Source: Tannerellaceae bacterium
GTDB taxonomy: Bacteria > Bacteroidota > Bacteroidia > Bacteroidales > Tannerellaceae
Direction of reading: 5' to 3'
Length of the DNA: 64,000 nucleotides
Assembly (NCBI GenBank): GCA_031278605.1
Contig: JAITKB010000067.1
Location: 4,887-68,886 of the forward strand
A program made the position numbers and the translations under genes. Below are positions 19,878-28,622 of this stretch, in pieces. The notes beneath the pieces were generated by a model. That model was not told the DNA's origin, searched no databases, and saw only the letters and a list, made by a program, of their open reading frames with translations. Numbering within the stretch: the stretch's first letter is position 1; each line of letters starts with the position of its first letter.

Positions 19878-20793
19878 TACGGCCCGGGCCCTGGCCCTGT
19901 TGGCTCGCCAGAAAAGGGTCTGGCCGATGCTTCGTCGCGGCTGCGAGGCCCTGGAGGCGATGCGGATTCGGACGCTCTCGGTGGGGGCGTCCGAATGGAA
20001 GGTGCAATGCAATCCGGCACGCAGGGTGTCGTCTCTGGCCGGTTCGGAGACGTCCCGCGCCTGTTTTCTCTGTTCCCATCGCCTGCCTTTGGAGCAGGAG
20101 TCTTTGTCCCTGGGGGATTATCTTTTGTTGTGCAACCCCTACCCCATTTTCCCGGAACATTTTACACTTGCGTCGCGTCGGCACCGGCCTCAGCGCATAG
20201 GCGAATGTTTCGGGGACTTCCTCCATGCGGCTCGGAGCCTGGAGGGGCTTACGCTTTTCTACAACGGACCGCAGAGCGGGGCGTCGGCGCCGGATCATTT
20301 GCATTTCCAGGCTGTTACCGGCGGCTATATGCCCTTGGAGGAGGAGGTTGGAAGACCGGCGGAATTGCTTTACGAGACGGATTGTGGGAGCCTTTGTTTG
20401 ATGCGTAGCCCCTTGCGCAACGCGTTTATCCTTCGGGCGCAAACCCTGGCGGGGGCTTGCGGACTTTTTGCCCGTCTGTATGCGGTTTTGCAGGAGAGGG
20501 CATCGGGGGATGCGGAGCCGCGCATGAATCTTTTCGGTCGCTACGGGATTTCCGGGGGTTGGGAAGTGGTGGCTGTGCCGCGCAAGGCGCATCGTCCGCG
20601 GCAGTTTTACGCACGGGGGGCGGAGCAAATGCTGGTGTCGCCCGGGGCTGCGGATATGGGGGGCGTCCTGGTGACAACCCGCCTGGAGGACTTTGAAAAA
20701 GTCACGCCTGCGCTGCTTTGCGACCTCTACGCGCAGCTGGCCTACGTCGAGGGGGAAACGGATAACTGGTTCTCAGCATCCGGAGACAGATGA
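19861..20793 (+). CDS. DUF4922 family protein (GDP-hexose phosphorylase/HIT-like)
   Basis: VQCNPAR, CFLC, LCNPYPIFPEHFT, FYNGPQSGASAPDHLHFQA, HRP, VSPGAADMGG. Confidence 0.85.
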   Translation: MQVRSDTARALALLARQKRVWPMLRRGCEALEAMRIRTLSVGASEWKVQCNPARRVSSLAGSETSRACFLCSHRLPLEQESLSLGDYLLLCNPYPIFPEHFTLASRRHRPQRIGECFGDFLHAARSLEGLTLFYNGPQSGASAPDHLHFQAVTGGYMPLEEEVGRPAELLYETDCGSLCLMRSPLRNAFILRAQTLAGACGLFARLYAVLQERASGDAEPRMNLFGRYGISGGWEVVAVPRKAHRPRQFYARGAEQMLVSPGAADMGGVLVTTRLEDFEKVTPALLCDLYAQLAYVEGETDNWFSASGDR

Positions 20794-21536
20794 TATTTCG
20801 GGTTGCGACGCATCAGGATCTCCTTGTGCTGACGCAGATAGGAATTGACGAAGGTGATCAGTTCGGAGAGCCTCGCCCCTTGTGCGGGGTCCGGGGTGGG
20901 GAGGCTTTCGTTGGTCAGATAAAGGACATTGACGGTAAGGACCAGACTTTGGAAGGCCGCATCGGTGGAGAGGCGTGCCCGGTGCAGGTTGCCCAGGTTT
21001 CTTTTTTCTTCTACGTTCACGGCGCGAAGGGTGTAGCGTTCGATAAAGTATTCGTTGATTCGGATGAAATACGTCAGGGCCTCGGTCACTCCCGGTAGCT
21101 GCTCCAGGGCGGCGGCATATTGGGGAAGTTTCAAATCCTGCGCCAGGTTCACTCCAAGGGCCGAGGCCTCGTTCATGGGCACATCATAGAAACGGTCGTA
21201 GTTCTTCAGGATGTTCATCAGTTTCCGTCCGGCGGTTTTCACTCCGGGCAGATGGCTGTAGGTTGCGGCCTCTATCAGTTTTTTGAGCGCCATATAGGCA
21301 TTTTTTCGTTCGAAGCAGGCTATTCGCACGGCCCGCGTATCTTCCTGTCTCTGATAATCCTTGTATAGCAGGTCTTCCTTGGCGAAGGCCTTCCGGAAAG
21401 CGTTCCATGCGGGAAGAAGCGCCGCAGGTTTCTCCTCAAGGGACTCCAGATGCTTATCTATCACATTGTAAAGATCGTAATGCTCCGCATTACGCAACCG
21501 ACCGGTAAAAGACGGATGGTATTTAATCGCTTTCAT
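20742..21536 (-). CDS. DUF6261 family (HagB-like) helical protein, copy 1
   Basis: RLRNAEH N-terminal motif, LKNY, NLAQDL, INEYF, LHRARLSTDAAF. The same motif spacing occurs in 42276-43061. The 3' end overlaps the convergent DUF4922 gene by 52 bp. Confidence 0.8.
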   Translation of the reverse strand: MKAIKYHPSFTGRLRNAEHYDLYNVIDKHLESLEEKPAALLPAWNAFRKAFAKEDLLYKDYQRQEDTRAVRIACFERKNAYMALKKLIEAATYSHLPGVKTAGRKLMNILKNYDRFYDVPMNEASALGVNLAQDLKLPQYAAALEQLPGVTEALTYFIRINEYFIERYTLRAVNVEEKRNLGNLHRARLSTDAAFQSLVLTVNVLYLTNESLPTPDPAQGARLSELITFVNSYLRQHKEILMRRNPKYHLSPDAENQLSVSPST

Positions 21537-21608
21537 AGACTATTTATTTAAATATTTATTGTCAACTACCTTTTATGAACGATCGCATCCGTGGATGCGG
21601 TCGCCCGG

Positions 21609-21641
21609 CAAAGGTAAAACAATCTTTTTATTTTTTGCAAA
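21609..21641 (-). promoter_or_regulatory. Bacteroidetes promoter for DUF6261 copy 1 (TTTG-N21-TACCTTTG)
   Basis: caaaggta at 21609-21616 and caaa at 21638-21641 on the plus strand give -7 and -33 elements with 21 nt spacing. Array B starts right next to the -33 element. Confidence 0.75.
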
Positions 21642-22030
21642 CTCTCCGCCAAATTTCTGCGGGAGTTCTGAATTTGTTCAGAATCTTGTCGGAATTTTCG
21701 ACAGAATTCAGAATTTGTTCAGAACCTCCGCAGAACTTCCGATAGAGTTCTGAATTTATTCAGAATCGCCGCAGAAGTCTGGTGAGCGTTCTGAATTTGT
21801 TCAGAAACTCCGCAGAAGTTTGGTGAGAGTTCAGAATTTGTTCAGAACCTCCGCAGAACTTCCGACAGAGTTCTGAATTTGTTCAGAATCGCCGCAGAAC
21901 TCTGGTGAGAGTTCCGAATTTGTTCAGAATCGCCGCAGAACTCCGGTGAGCGTTCCGAATTTTTTCAGAACCTCCGCAGAAGTCCGGTGAGGGTTCCGAA
22001 TTTTTAAAAAGTCTTCCGAAGAACTTTTGG
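21642..22030. repeat. Array B: about 9 units, 41 bp period, palindromic core GTTCTGAATTTGTTCAGAA plus a semi-palindromic linker of about 22 nt
   Basis: Cores start at 21665, 21706, 21747, 21788, 21829, 21870, 21911, 21952 and 21993. Linkers include CCTCCGCAGAACTTCCGACAGA and TCGCCGCAGAACTCTGGTGAGA. Confidence 0.95.
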
Positions 22031-22154
22031 GAAGAAATAAAAAAATAGGGGGAATTACGGGAAAGGAGCCAGGGGAAGTTCTTTGTTTGCCGAGAAGAAG
22101 TTTCAATCGTTTTGTGTAAGTTTGCACCACATAAATCCTCATAAATTCTATCGC

Positions 22155-23933
22155 ATGAAACAATTCTTTCAAATGATGTTTGCCTCGGCGCTGGGAGGAC
22201 TCCTGGCGCTCGCTGCGATTCTCCTTGCGGGCGCTTCGGCGCTCATCGTCCTTGTCGCAACCCTCGGACACCAACCGGATTACAAGCCCGATAACAATAC
22301 CGTGCTCAAAATCGCACTCAAGGGGGAACTGCAAGAAACGGTCGAAGAAAACCCGCTCCGGTTTCTGAGTTTCGGCGAAAGTCTCACCCCCCTCTCCCTC
22401 CGGGACGTGCGCCGGGCCATTCGCGCCGCCAAGGAACATCCCCAGGTGCGGGGCATCTACCTCGAAGCCGGTAGCCTGATCGCCGGAACGGCCGCCATAG
22501 ACGCCGTGCGCAGGGATTTGACGGACTTCAGGGAAAACGGAAAATTCGTTGTGGCCTACGCCGACAGCTACACCCAGGCCGCCTACTACCTCTGCTCCGT
22601 AGCCGATAAGGTGTTCCTCAACCCCCTGGGAATGTTGGACCTGCACGGAATGGTGAACCAGACCACCTTCTACAAAGGCGTCCTGGCCAAGGTCGGCCTG
22701 GAAATGCTGGTCTTCCGGGCCGGTACCCACAAAGGAGCCGTGGAAAGCTATCTGCTGGATAAACTAAGCGAAGAAAATCGCCGGCAAATCGCCTCCTTCC
22801 AGCAAATCATTTGGGGCAATATCACCCGAAACATCGCCCAAAGCAGGGGGCTTGCGCCCCAGGAAGTGAACCGCTTTGCCGACCGGGGGGACTTCCTCTC
22901 GGGAGCCGAAAAAACCGTGGAAGTCGGCCTGGTCGACGAACTCAAATACAGGGACGAAGCCGAAACCTACGTCCGCCTCTGGGCCGGACAAACCGGTGAA
23001 GCACTGCAAACGGCCGGCGTTAACCGCATGAAAACCGTCCGGGAAATCCCCTCGGCAAACACGCATCACCCGGAGGAAATCGCCATTGTTTATGCCGAAG
23101 GGGAAATCATGAACCGCACCACGGCCTCCCTCTACGACGGGAAATGCATCACCGAGGAGCTGGGCGAAACCCTGGCCGAATTGCGTAAGGACGACCGCGT
23201 AAAAGCCGTCGTGCTCCGCATCAACTCCCCCGGAGGCAGCGCCTTCGTGGCCGAACAGCTGTGGAAAGAAGCCGATGCGCTCAAAAAAGTGAAACCCCTG
23301 GTCGTTTCCATGGGCAACGTGGCCGCCTCGGGAGGCTATTACATCGCCTGCGCCGCCCACCGCATCGTGGCCGAAGCCCATAGCCTGACGGGATCCATCG
23401 GCGTATTCAGCCTCCTGCCCAATGCCGCCGAACTCTACAAAAAACTCGATATAACCACCCAAACCGTACAAACCAATACCTACGGAGACCTCCTAAGCCT
23501 CGCCCGCGAACCGCGAACCGACGAAAAAGCCCTGGTCCAGGCCCATGTGGAACACCTCTACGAAGTCTTCCTCCAACGTTGCGCCGACGGACGCGGAAAA
23601 ACACCCCAGGACGTCAACCGCATCGCCCAAGGACGCCTCTGGACCGGAGGGGAAGCCGTGGAAATCGGCCTGGCCGACGCCACCGGCGGCATGGACCAAG
23701 CCGTGGACGAGGCCGCCGCCCTGGCGCAACTCCCCCATTACCGCCTCCGTCACGTAACGCCCGCCGAGGATTTCCTTCAAAGCATCCTGGAGCTGTCCCG
23801 CGAAAAAATCCTCGCAGCCCTTTCCGAACCCCTCCGGGGCGAAACCTTCCGATACCTCAAAGCCCTGGGCCTGGCCGAACAAATCAAGGGCGTTCCCCAG
23901 GCTCGTTTGCCCTACAACATCCAACCCCTCTGA
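22155..23933 (+). CDS. sppA: Signal peptide peptidase SppA (67K type)
   Basis: N-terminal TM, GKFVVAY, YYLCSVADKVFLNP, LRINSPGGSA, SMGNVAASGGYY, TGSIGV, AQGRLWTG. Start moved to ATG 22155. TAAGTTTG promoter at 22117-22124. Confidence 0.95.
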   Translation: MKQFFQMMFASALGGLLALAAILLAGASALIVLVATLGHQPDYKPDNNTVLKIALKGELQETVEENPLRFLSFGESLTPLSLRDVRRAIRAAKEHPQVRGIYLEAGSLIAGTAAIDAVRRDLTDFRENGKFVVAYADSYTQAAYYLCSVADKVFLNPLGMLDLHGMVNQTTFYKGVLAKVGLEMLVFRAGTHKGAVESYLLDKLSEENRRQIASFQQIIWGNITRNIAQSRGLAPQEVNRFADRGDFLSGAEKTVEVGLVDELKYRDEAETYVRLWAGQTGEALQTAGVNRMKTVREIPSANTHHPEEIAIVYAEGEIMNRTTASLYDGKCITEELGETLAELRKDDRVKAVVLRINSPGGSAFVAEQLWKEADALKKVKPLVVSMGNVAASGGYYIACAAHRIVAEAHSLTGSIGVFSLLPNAAELYKKLDITTQTVQTNTYGDLLSLAREPRTDEKALVQAHVEHLYEVFLQRCADGRGKTPQDVNRIAQGRLWTGGEAVEIGLADATGGMDQAVDEAAALAQLPHYRLRHVTPAEDFLQSILELSREKILAALSEPLRGETFRYLKALGLAEQIKGVPQARLPYNIQPL

Positions 23934-23935
23934 CC

Positions 23936-25045
23936 ATGTCCGAGACAAAGAACTTTAAACTGAACTATGCCGGCCTGGGGCCCTCCCTCCTCTACGGACT
24001 GGCCACAGGCGTCCGAAATTTGCTCTACAACTGGGACGTCCTTCACTCCAAAGAATATCCGATCCCGGTCATCTGCGTGGGCAACCTCGCCGCCGGAGGA
24101 ACCGGGAAAACCCCCCATACCGAATACCTGGTCCAACTCCTGAAACCCCACTACCGCGTGGCCGTGCTGAGCCGCGGATACAAACGGCAAACCAAAGGAT
24201 TCCGCCTGGCCGGAGCCAACGATACGGCACGAACCATCGGGGATGAACCCTATCAGATGAAACGGAAATTCCCGGACGTCCTCATCGCCGTAGACGCCAA
24301 CCGAGGTCGAGGCATCCGACACCTTATGGAACTCCCCGAAGAGCAAAAACCGGAAGTCGTCCTCCTGGACGACGCCTTTCAGCACCGAAGCGTCCTCCCC
24401 TCCTTCTCCATTCTGCTGACCGATTACCATCGCCTCTATTACAAAGACCGACTGCTGCCCCTGGGACGCCTTCGCGAAACCAAAGAGAATATGCGACGCG
24501 CCAACCTGATCATCGTAACCAAATGCGAAGCAGACCTGCGACCCATCGACTTTCGCGTAATCGCCGGGGAAATGAAACCCCTCCCCTACCAGGCCCTCTA
24601 CTTCTCCCGCCTGGTCTACGGAGAGACCCGGGCCGTCTTCCCCCAACCGACCGAAAACCCAACGGCCGGTAATTACCTGAACGCCGAAAACGAAGCGCTG
24701 CTGCTGGCCGGCGTCGCCTCCCCCCAACCCTTCATAGAAGAAGCCCAACGACGCTTCGGCAACGTGCATCCCATGATCTTTGCCGATCACCACGTGTTCG
24801 ACAAACAGGACATACGGAAAATAAAAGACGCCTTCAACCGCCTGAACTCCCCGGACAAATTCATCCTCGTCACCGAAAAAGACGCCGCCCGCCTGCTTCA
24901 CAACCCCTTCTTCCCCGAAGAATGGAAACCGCTAACCTATTACCTGCCCGTGGCCATCGACTTCTGCACGAAAACAACCCTTTCGTTCGATGACTGCATC
25001 CGCAAACACATCCTCACCTTCCAACGCAACAACATCTTCCACTGA
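23936..25045 (+). CDS. lpxK: Tetraacyldisaccharide 4'-kinase
   Basis: ICVGNLAAGGTGKTP, LSRGYKR, GDEP, LDDAFQH, LLPLGRLRE, DHH, TEKDAARL. The real start is ATG 23936; the ORF-track N-terminus is spurious. Confidence 0.96.
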   Translation: MSETKNFKLNYAGLGPSLLYGLATGVRNLLYNWDVLHSKEYPIPVICVGNLAAGGTGKTPHTEYLVQLLKPHYRVAVLSRGYKRQTKGFRLAGANDTARTIGDEPYQMKRKFPDVLIAVDANRGRGIRHLMELPEEQKPEVVLLDDAFQHRSVLPSFSILLTDYHRLYYKDRLLPLGRLRETKENMRRANLIIVTKCEADLRPIDFRVIAGEMKPLPYQALYFSRLVYGETRAVFPQPTENPTAGNYLNAENEALLLAGVASPQPFIEEAQRRFGNVHPMIFADHHVFDKQDIRKIKDAFNRLNSPDKFILVTEKDAARLLHNPFFPEEWKPLTYYLPVAIDFCTKTTLSFDDCIRKHILTFQRNNIFH

Positions 25046-25047
25046 AA

Positions 25048-26070
25048 ATGCCCGGAACCGAAATAACAACCCTGGGGGAATTCGGCCTCATCCGACGCCT
25101 CACCGAAAACATCGTGCCGAAAAACCCAAGCACCCTACAAGGCGTAGGCGACGATGCCGCCGTGCTGGACTATGCCGGCCGGCAAATCCTGCTCACCACC
25201 GACCTCCTGCTCGAAGGCATCCACTTCGACCTTACCTATACGCCCCTGAAACACCTCGGCTACAAGGCCGCCATCGTGAGTTTCTCCGACATCTATGCCA
25301 TGAACGGGAAACCCCGGCAAATCACGGTCGCCCTCGGCGTCTCCCGGCGCTTCTGCGTGGAAGACATCGAAGAAATTTACCAGGGCCTCTACCTGGCCTG
25401 CGAAAACTACGGCGCAGACCTCGTCGGGGGAGACACCTCGGCCTCCCTCACGGGACTCACCCTGAGCATCACCTGCCTCGGCGAAACGGAAAAACACAAA
25501 ACCGTATACCGCCACGGAGCCAAAGAAACCGACATCGTCTGCGTCTCCGGCGATCTGGGGGCCGCCTACATGGGTTTGCAACTGCTGGAACGGGAAAAAA
25601 ACGTCTTCGCCGGAGAAAAAGATTTCACCCCCGACTTCGCAGGAAAAGAATACCTGCTGGAACGTCAACTCCGACCCGAAGCCAGAGAAGATATCGTCGA
25701 CCTGCTCGACAAAGCCGGCATCCTCCCCACCTCCATGATCGACCTCTCCGACGGCCTGGCCTCGGAACTGCTCCATATCTGCCGCGAAAGCCGCGTCGGT
25801 TGCCGCATCTACGAAGAACAAATCCCCATCGACTTCCAAACCGCTTCCATGGCCGAACAATTTCATATGAACCTGACCGCCGCCGCTCTCCACGGAGGAG
25901 AAGACTACGAACTCCTCTTCACCGTCCCCCTTACCGACTACGAAAAAATTTCCGCCCTGAAAGGCGTCCGCCCAATCGGATACATCACCCAAGCTGCGCA
26001 AGGAAGCTACCTCATCGGAAGAGACGGAGGCGAAATAAAACTTATCGCACAAGGCTGGCCGTCGCTTTGA
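25048..26070 (+). CDS. thiL: Thiamine-monophosphate kinase
   Basis: GEFGLI, GVGDDAAV, EGIHFD, SDIYAMNG, GGDT, MIDLSDGL, GGEDYELLFT. Confidence 0.96.
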   Translation: MPGTEITTLGEFGLIRRLTENIVPKNPSTLQGVGDDAAVLDYAGRQILLTTDLLLEGIHFDLTYTPLKHLGYKAAIVSFSDIYAMNGKPRQITVALGVSRRFCVEDIEEIYQGLYLACENYGADLVGGDTSASLTGLTLSITCLGETEKHKTVYRHGAKETDIVCVSGDLGAAYMGLQLLEREKNVFAGEKDFTPDFAGKEYLLERQLRPEAREDIVDLLDKAGILPTSMIDLSDGLASELLHICRESRVGCRIYEEQIPIDFQTASMAEQFHMNLTAAALHGGEDYELLFTVPLTDYEKISALKGVRPIGYITQAAQGSYLIGRDGGEIKLIAQGWPSL

Positions 26071-26232
26071 ATCATTTTCGTATTGTTTTCCCGGAAAATA
26101 CGGGAAAGGCCCCATTGCATTTCAATTGTTTTTACAAACCATCGAAAAAGACAATAAGGCCCATAAAACCTGATCGTTACGGAAGAAGAAACGTTTTCTT
26201 TTTCCGTTGTTTTCCATCGAAGCGACCCCGCT

Positions 26233-28518
26233 TCACTTATTCAGAATCAACGTCGAAGGCATACGCTGAAGGGCTTCCTTGCTGTGTTCGGAAACCTCGT
26301 TCCAGGCCCGGTAACTGATTAGCATAAAATTATAGCCGGCAAAAACCTCCGGCCGCAACTCCCTGTCGGGCAAAAGCACGGATTCCCCGACGTCGGCGGT
26401 AAATCGCTCCAGAGCTTCCCGCAAAGAGGCGCTCTCCCAGGCTGTATGCACCGTGGCCACAGCCAGGCTGCCCTGTGTGGACTTCAATAAGGTCCGGGCG
26501 TAGGACAAAAGGAAAAGATCCTCCTCCGAAGTAAGAATCAGAATGACGCCGGTCGCCTTCAAAAAATTACGGTTCACAAAAATACCCACCGCACAGGAAG
26601 CATTCTCAATAAAAACCTTCGTCTTGTCCTTCAATAAAGACCCAGGGTAAAACCAGGATTCCGGCGCCTTGAAGATACGGAGGTAACGATTGTAAAAAAA
26701 AGTGCGGAAACGATTGGCCGCAACATCCCTCGGCCGGTCGCTCAGGGAAATGCCGGCGCCCACCAACAGGAAATCAAACTTCTCCTCATTCACAATATGG
26801 ACAATGTCCATCCCCGCATCCCTGGATATTTCATAACGCATCCTAAGGGGAATGCCCAATTTCCGGGCGCCGTAAAGGATCGGCCCGAAACTGACTTCCT
26901 CAAAGTTATCCGTATGCAAGGGATTCACCTCGTCCCCCAGGGTGAGATGAAGCGCGGTAATCTGCAACTCCTTGGTCTGGGCGGAAAACATCTGATGGGC
27001 AACGTCCAGCATCACCTGCCCGTTGCCCGCCCGTCCGAAGGAAAGCAGCATCCGGAAAACATCCGTGGTGGCCGGACGCATTTTTTCACTTTGCAATTTG
27101 TCGTGCCTGCGGAAACAAAAATGAATAAACGACATCAAAGGCGCCGTCATAAAGGCCGTAACTAAAGTCATCAACACCAGCATCACAAAAACAGGAGGCG
27201 GCAAAATGTGCATCTCATAGCCGATGGTCAGCACAATCAACTCCATCAATCCGCGCGTATTCATCAAAGCGCCCAGATAAAGACTATCCTTGAAACTCTC
27301 CCCCACAAAACGGGCGGAGAAAAAAGCGCCGCCAAACTTCCCCGCAACCGCAGCCAGGATAATCAATCCGCACACCCGCCACAACTCCGGCGTATTCAAC
27401 AGGCTGATCTCCGTGCGCAAACCCGTTGAAACAAAAAAAAGCGGCAAAAAAAGCGCCAGGGAAACATCCTCCACCTTTTCCGTGAGGATCTTACGGAATT
27501 TGATGTTCTCCGGCATAATCATCCCGGCAATAAACGCCCCGAACAAGGCATGAAGCCCCAATATTTGCGTAAAATAGGAAGACGCAATCAGGATAAGAAA
27601 CATCAATGCCACCATTCCCTTGTCGATTACCTCCTTGTTGTCATACACATTGCCCACCACCCGGAGAATGGGACGGATGAAAAAAAACATCACCAACAAA
27701 TAAATACCGGAAAACAAAATGCTGAAAACAGCGCTCAGCATGGAACCTGCCTGCGCAAGGGCAATCACCACGGCCAGCAGGCACCAGGCCGTAACATTAT
27801 CATTGGCCGCACTGGCAATGGCCAGCGTCCCCAGATGGGATTTCGTCAACCCCCGCTCCTGTATGATCCGAGCCAATACCGGAAAAGCCGTAATGCTCAT
27901 AGATATGCCTATAAACAAGGCGAAAGGCAAAAAAGGCGTGCTCCGGGCAGCATAGCCCTCGTAAACAAAATAAGCGGTAAGCACCCCGAAAAAAAAAGGA
28001 ACAATGATGCCGGCATGGCTGATGAGTATCGTCTCCTTCAACTTCTTGCGCACATCGCCGAGATCAAGCCCCATCCCAATGGCAAACATAAAAAGAATCA
28101 AACCGAACTGACTTAACAGATTGATGTTCGTCAGCGATTCTTCCCTGAACAAAAAATCAGATATGCCGGGCGCAACGTACCCCAAAACCGAAGGCCCCAA
28201 GACAATTCCCGCTAAAATTTCCCCCATCACCGTGGGCTGTCCCATCTTTTTAAACAACCATCCGAAAAACCGGCATATCAACAGAATCGCGATAATCTGC
28301 AAGAGCAGAATCGCCACAGGCAATCCGGTTTCCTTCAAAAACAACTGCCGGAAAGCCTCGAAACCTTCGGATAAGTTACCGGGAGCGGCAGGCGATCCGA
28401 CTACTTCCGAGCCCTCGAATTGCCGAAATTCTCCCTGCCCGACGATTCGATAGATCAACGAACCGAACAGGGCAATCATCAACAAATAAAAAACCAGATT
28501 TTTAACACCTTTGCTCAT
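26233..28518 (-). CDS. Cation:proton antiporter (CPA2, Kef/CHX-like) with C-terminal soluble domain
   Basis: GQPTVMGEILAGIVLGPS, SITAFPVLARI, LFLPLFFVSTGL, MNTRGLMEL. Start taken as MSKGVKN (28518). Confidence 0.92.
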   Translation of the reverse strand: MSKGVKNLVFYLLMIALFGSLIYRIVGQGEFRQFEGSEVVGSPAAPGNLSEGFEAFRQLFLKETGLPVAILLLQIIAILLICRFFGWLFKKMGQPTVMGEILAGIVLGPSVLGYVAPGISDFLFREESLTNINLLSQFGLILFMFAIGMGLDLGDVRKKLKETILISHAGIIVPFFFGVLTAYFVYEGYAARSTPFLPFALFIGISMSITAFPVLARIIQERGLTKSHLGTLAIASAANDNVTAWCLLAVVIALAQAGSMLSAVFSILFSGIYLLVMFFFIRPILRVVGNVYDNKEVIDKGMVALMFLILIASSYFTQILGLHALFGAFIAGMIMPENIKFRKILTEKVEDVSLALFLPLFFVSTGLRTEISLLNTPELWRVCGLIILAAVAGKFGGAFFSARFVGESFKDSLYLGALMNTRGLMELIVLTIGYEMHILPPPVFVMLVLMTLVTAFMTAPLMSFIHFCFRRHDKLQSEKMRPATTDVFRMLLSFGRAGNGQVMLDVAHQMFSAQTKELQITALHLTLGDEVNPLHTDNFEEVSFGPILYGARKLGIPLRMRYEISRDAGMDIVHIVNEEKFDFLLVGAGISLSDRPRDVAANRFRTFFYNRYLRIFKAPESWFYPGSLLKDKTKVFIENASCAVGIFVNRNFLKATGVILILTSEEDLFLLSYARTLLKSTQGSLAVATVHTAWESASLREALERFTADVGESVLLPDRELRPEVFAGYNFMLISYRAWNEVSEHSKEALQRMPSTLILNK

Positions 28519-28536
28519 TTTTCGGACGGTTTTCTG

Positions 28537-28596
28537 CAAAAGTAGACAAAAAACAACATGATACACAGGGAAAAGGGGGGAATTCTTCTACCTTTG
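28537..28596. promoter_or_regulatory. Divergent promoters for the antiporter (TACTTTTG, minus, 28537-28544) and glgB (TACCTTTG, plus, 28589-28596)
   Basis: Two TAnnTTTG motifs in opposite orientation in a 104 bp intergenic gap. Confidence 0.65.
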
Positions 28597-28622
28597 CAAT
28601 ACTCAAAAACATATCAAACAAC

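Noticed and set aside
21642-22030. Array B (also A and C) as a CRISPR array
   Set aside because: The linkers are near-copies or inversions of each other rather than unique spacers, the period is too short for a repeat plus spacer, and there are no cas genes in the window.
20742-22030. Classical type III toxin-antitoxin (ToxIN/CptIN/TenpIN) reading of array + gene
   Set aside because: In type III systems the promoter precedes the repeats and a terminator separates them from the toxin. Here the TAnnTTTG promoter lies between the array and the gene, and the protein shows no ToxN-like features that I can recognise.
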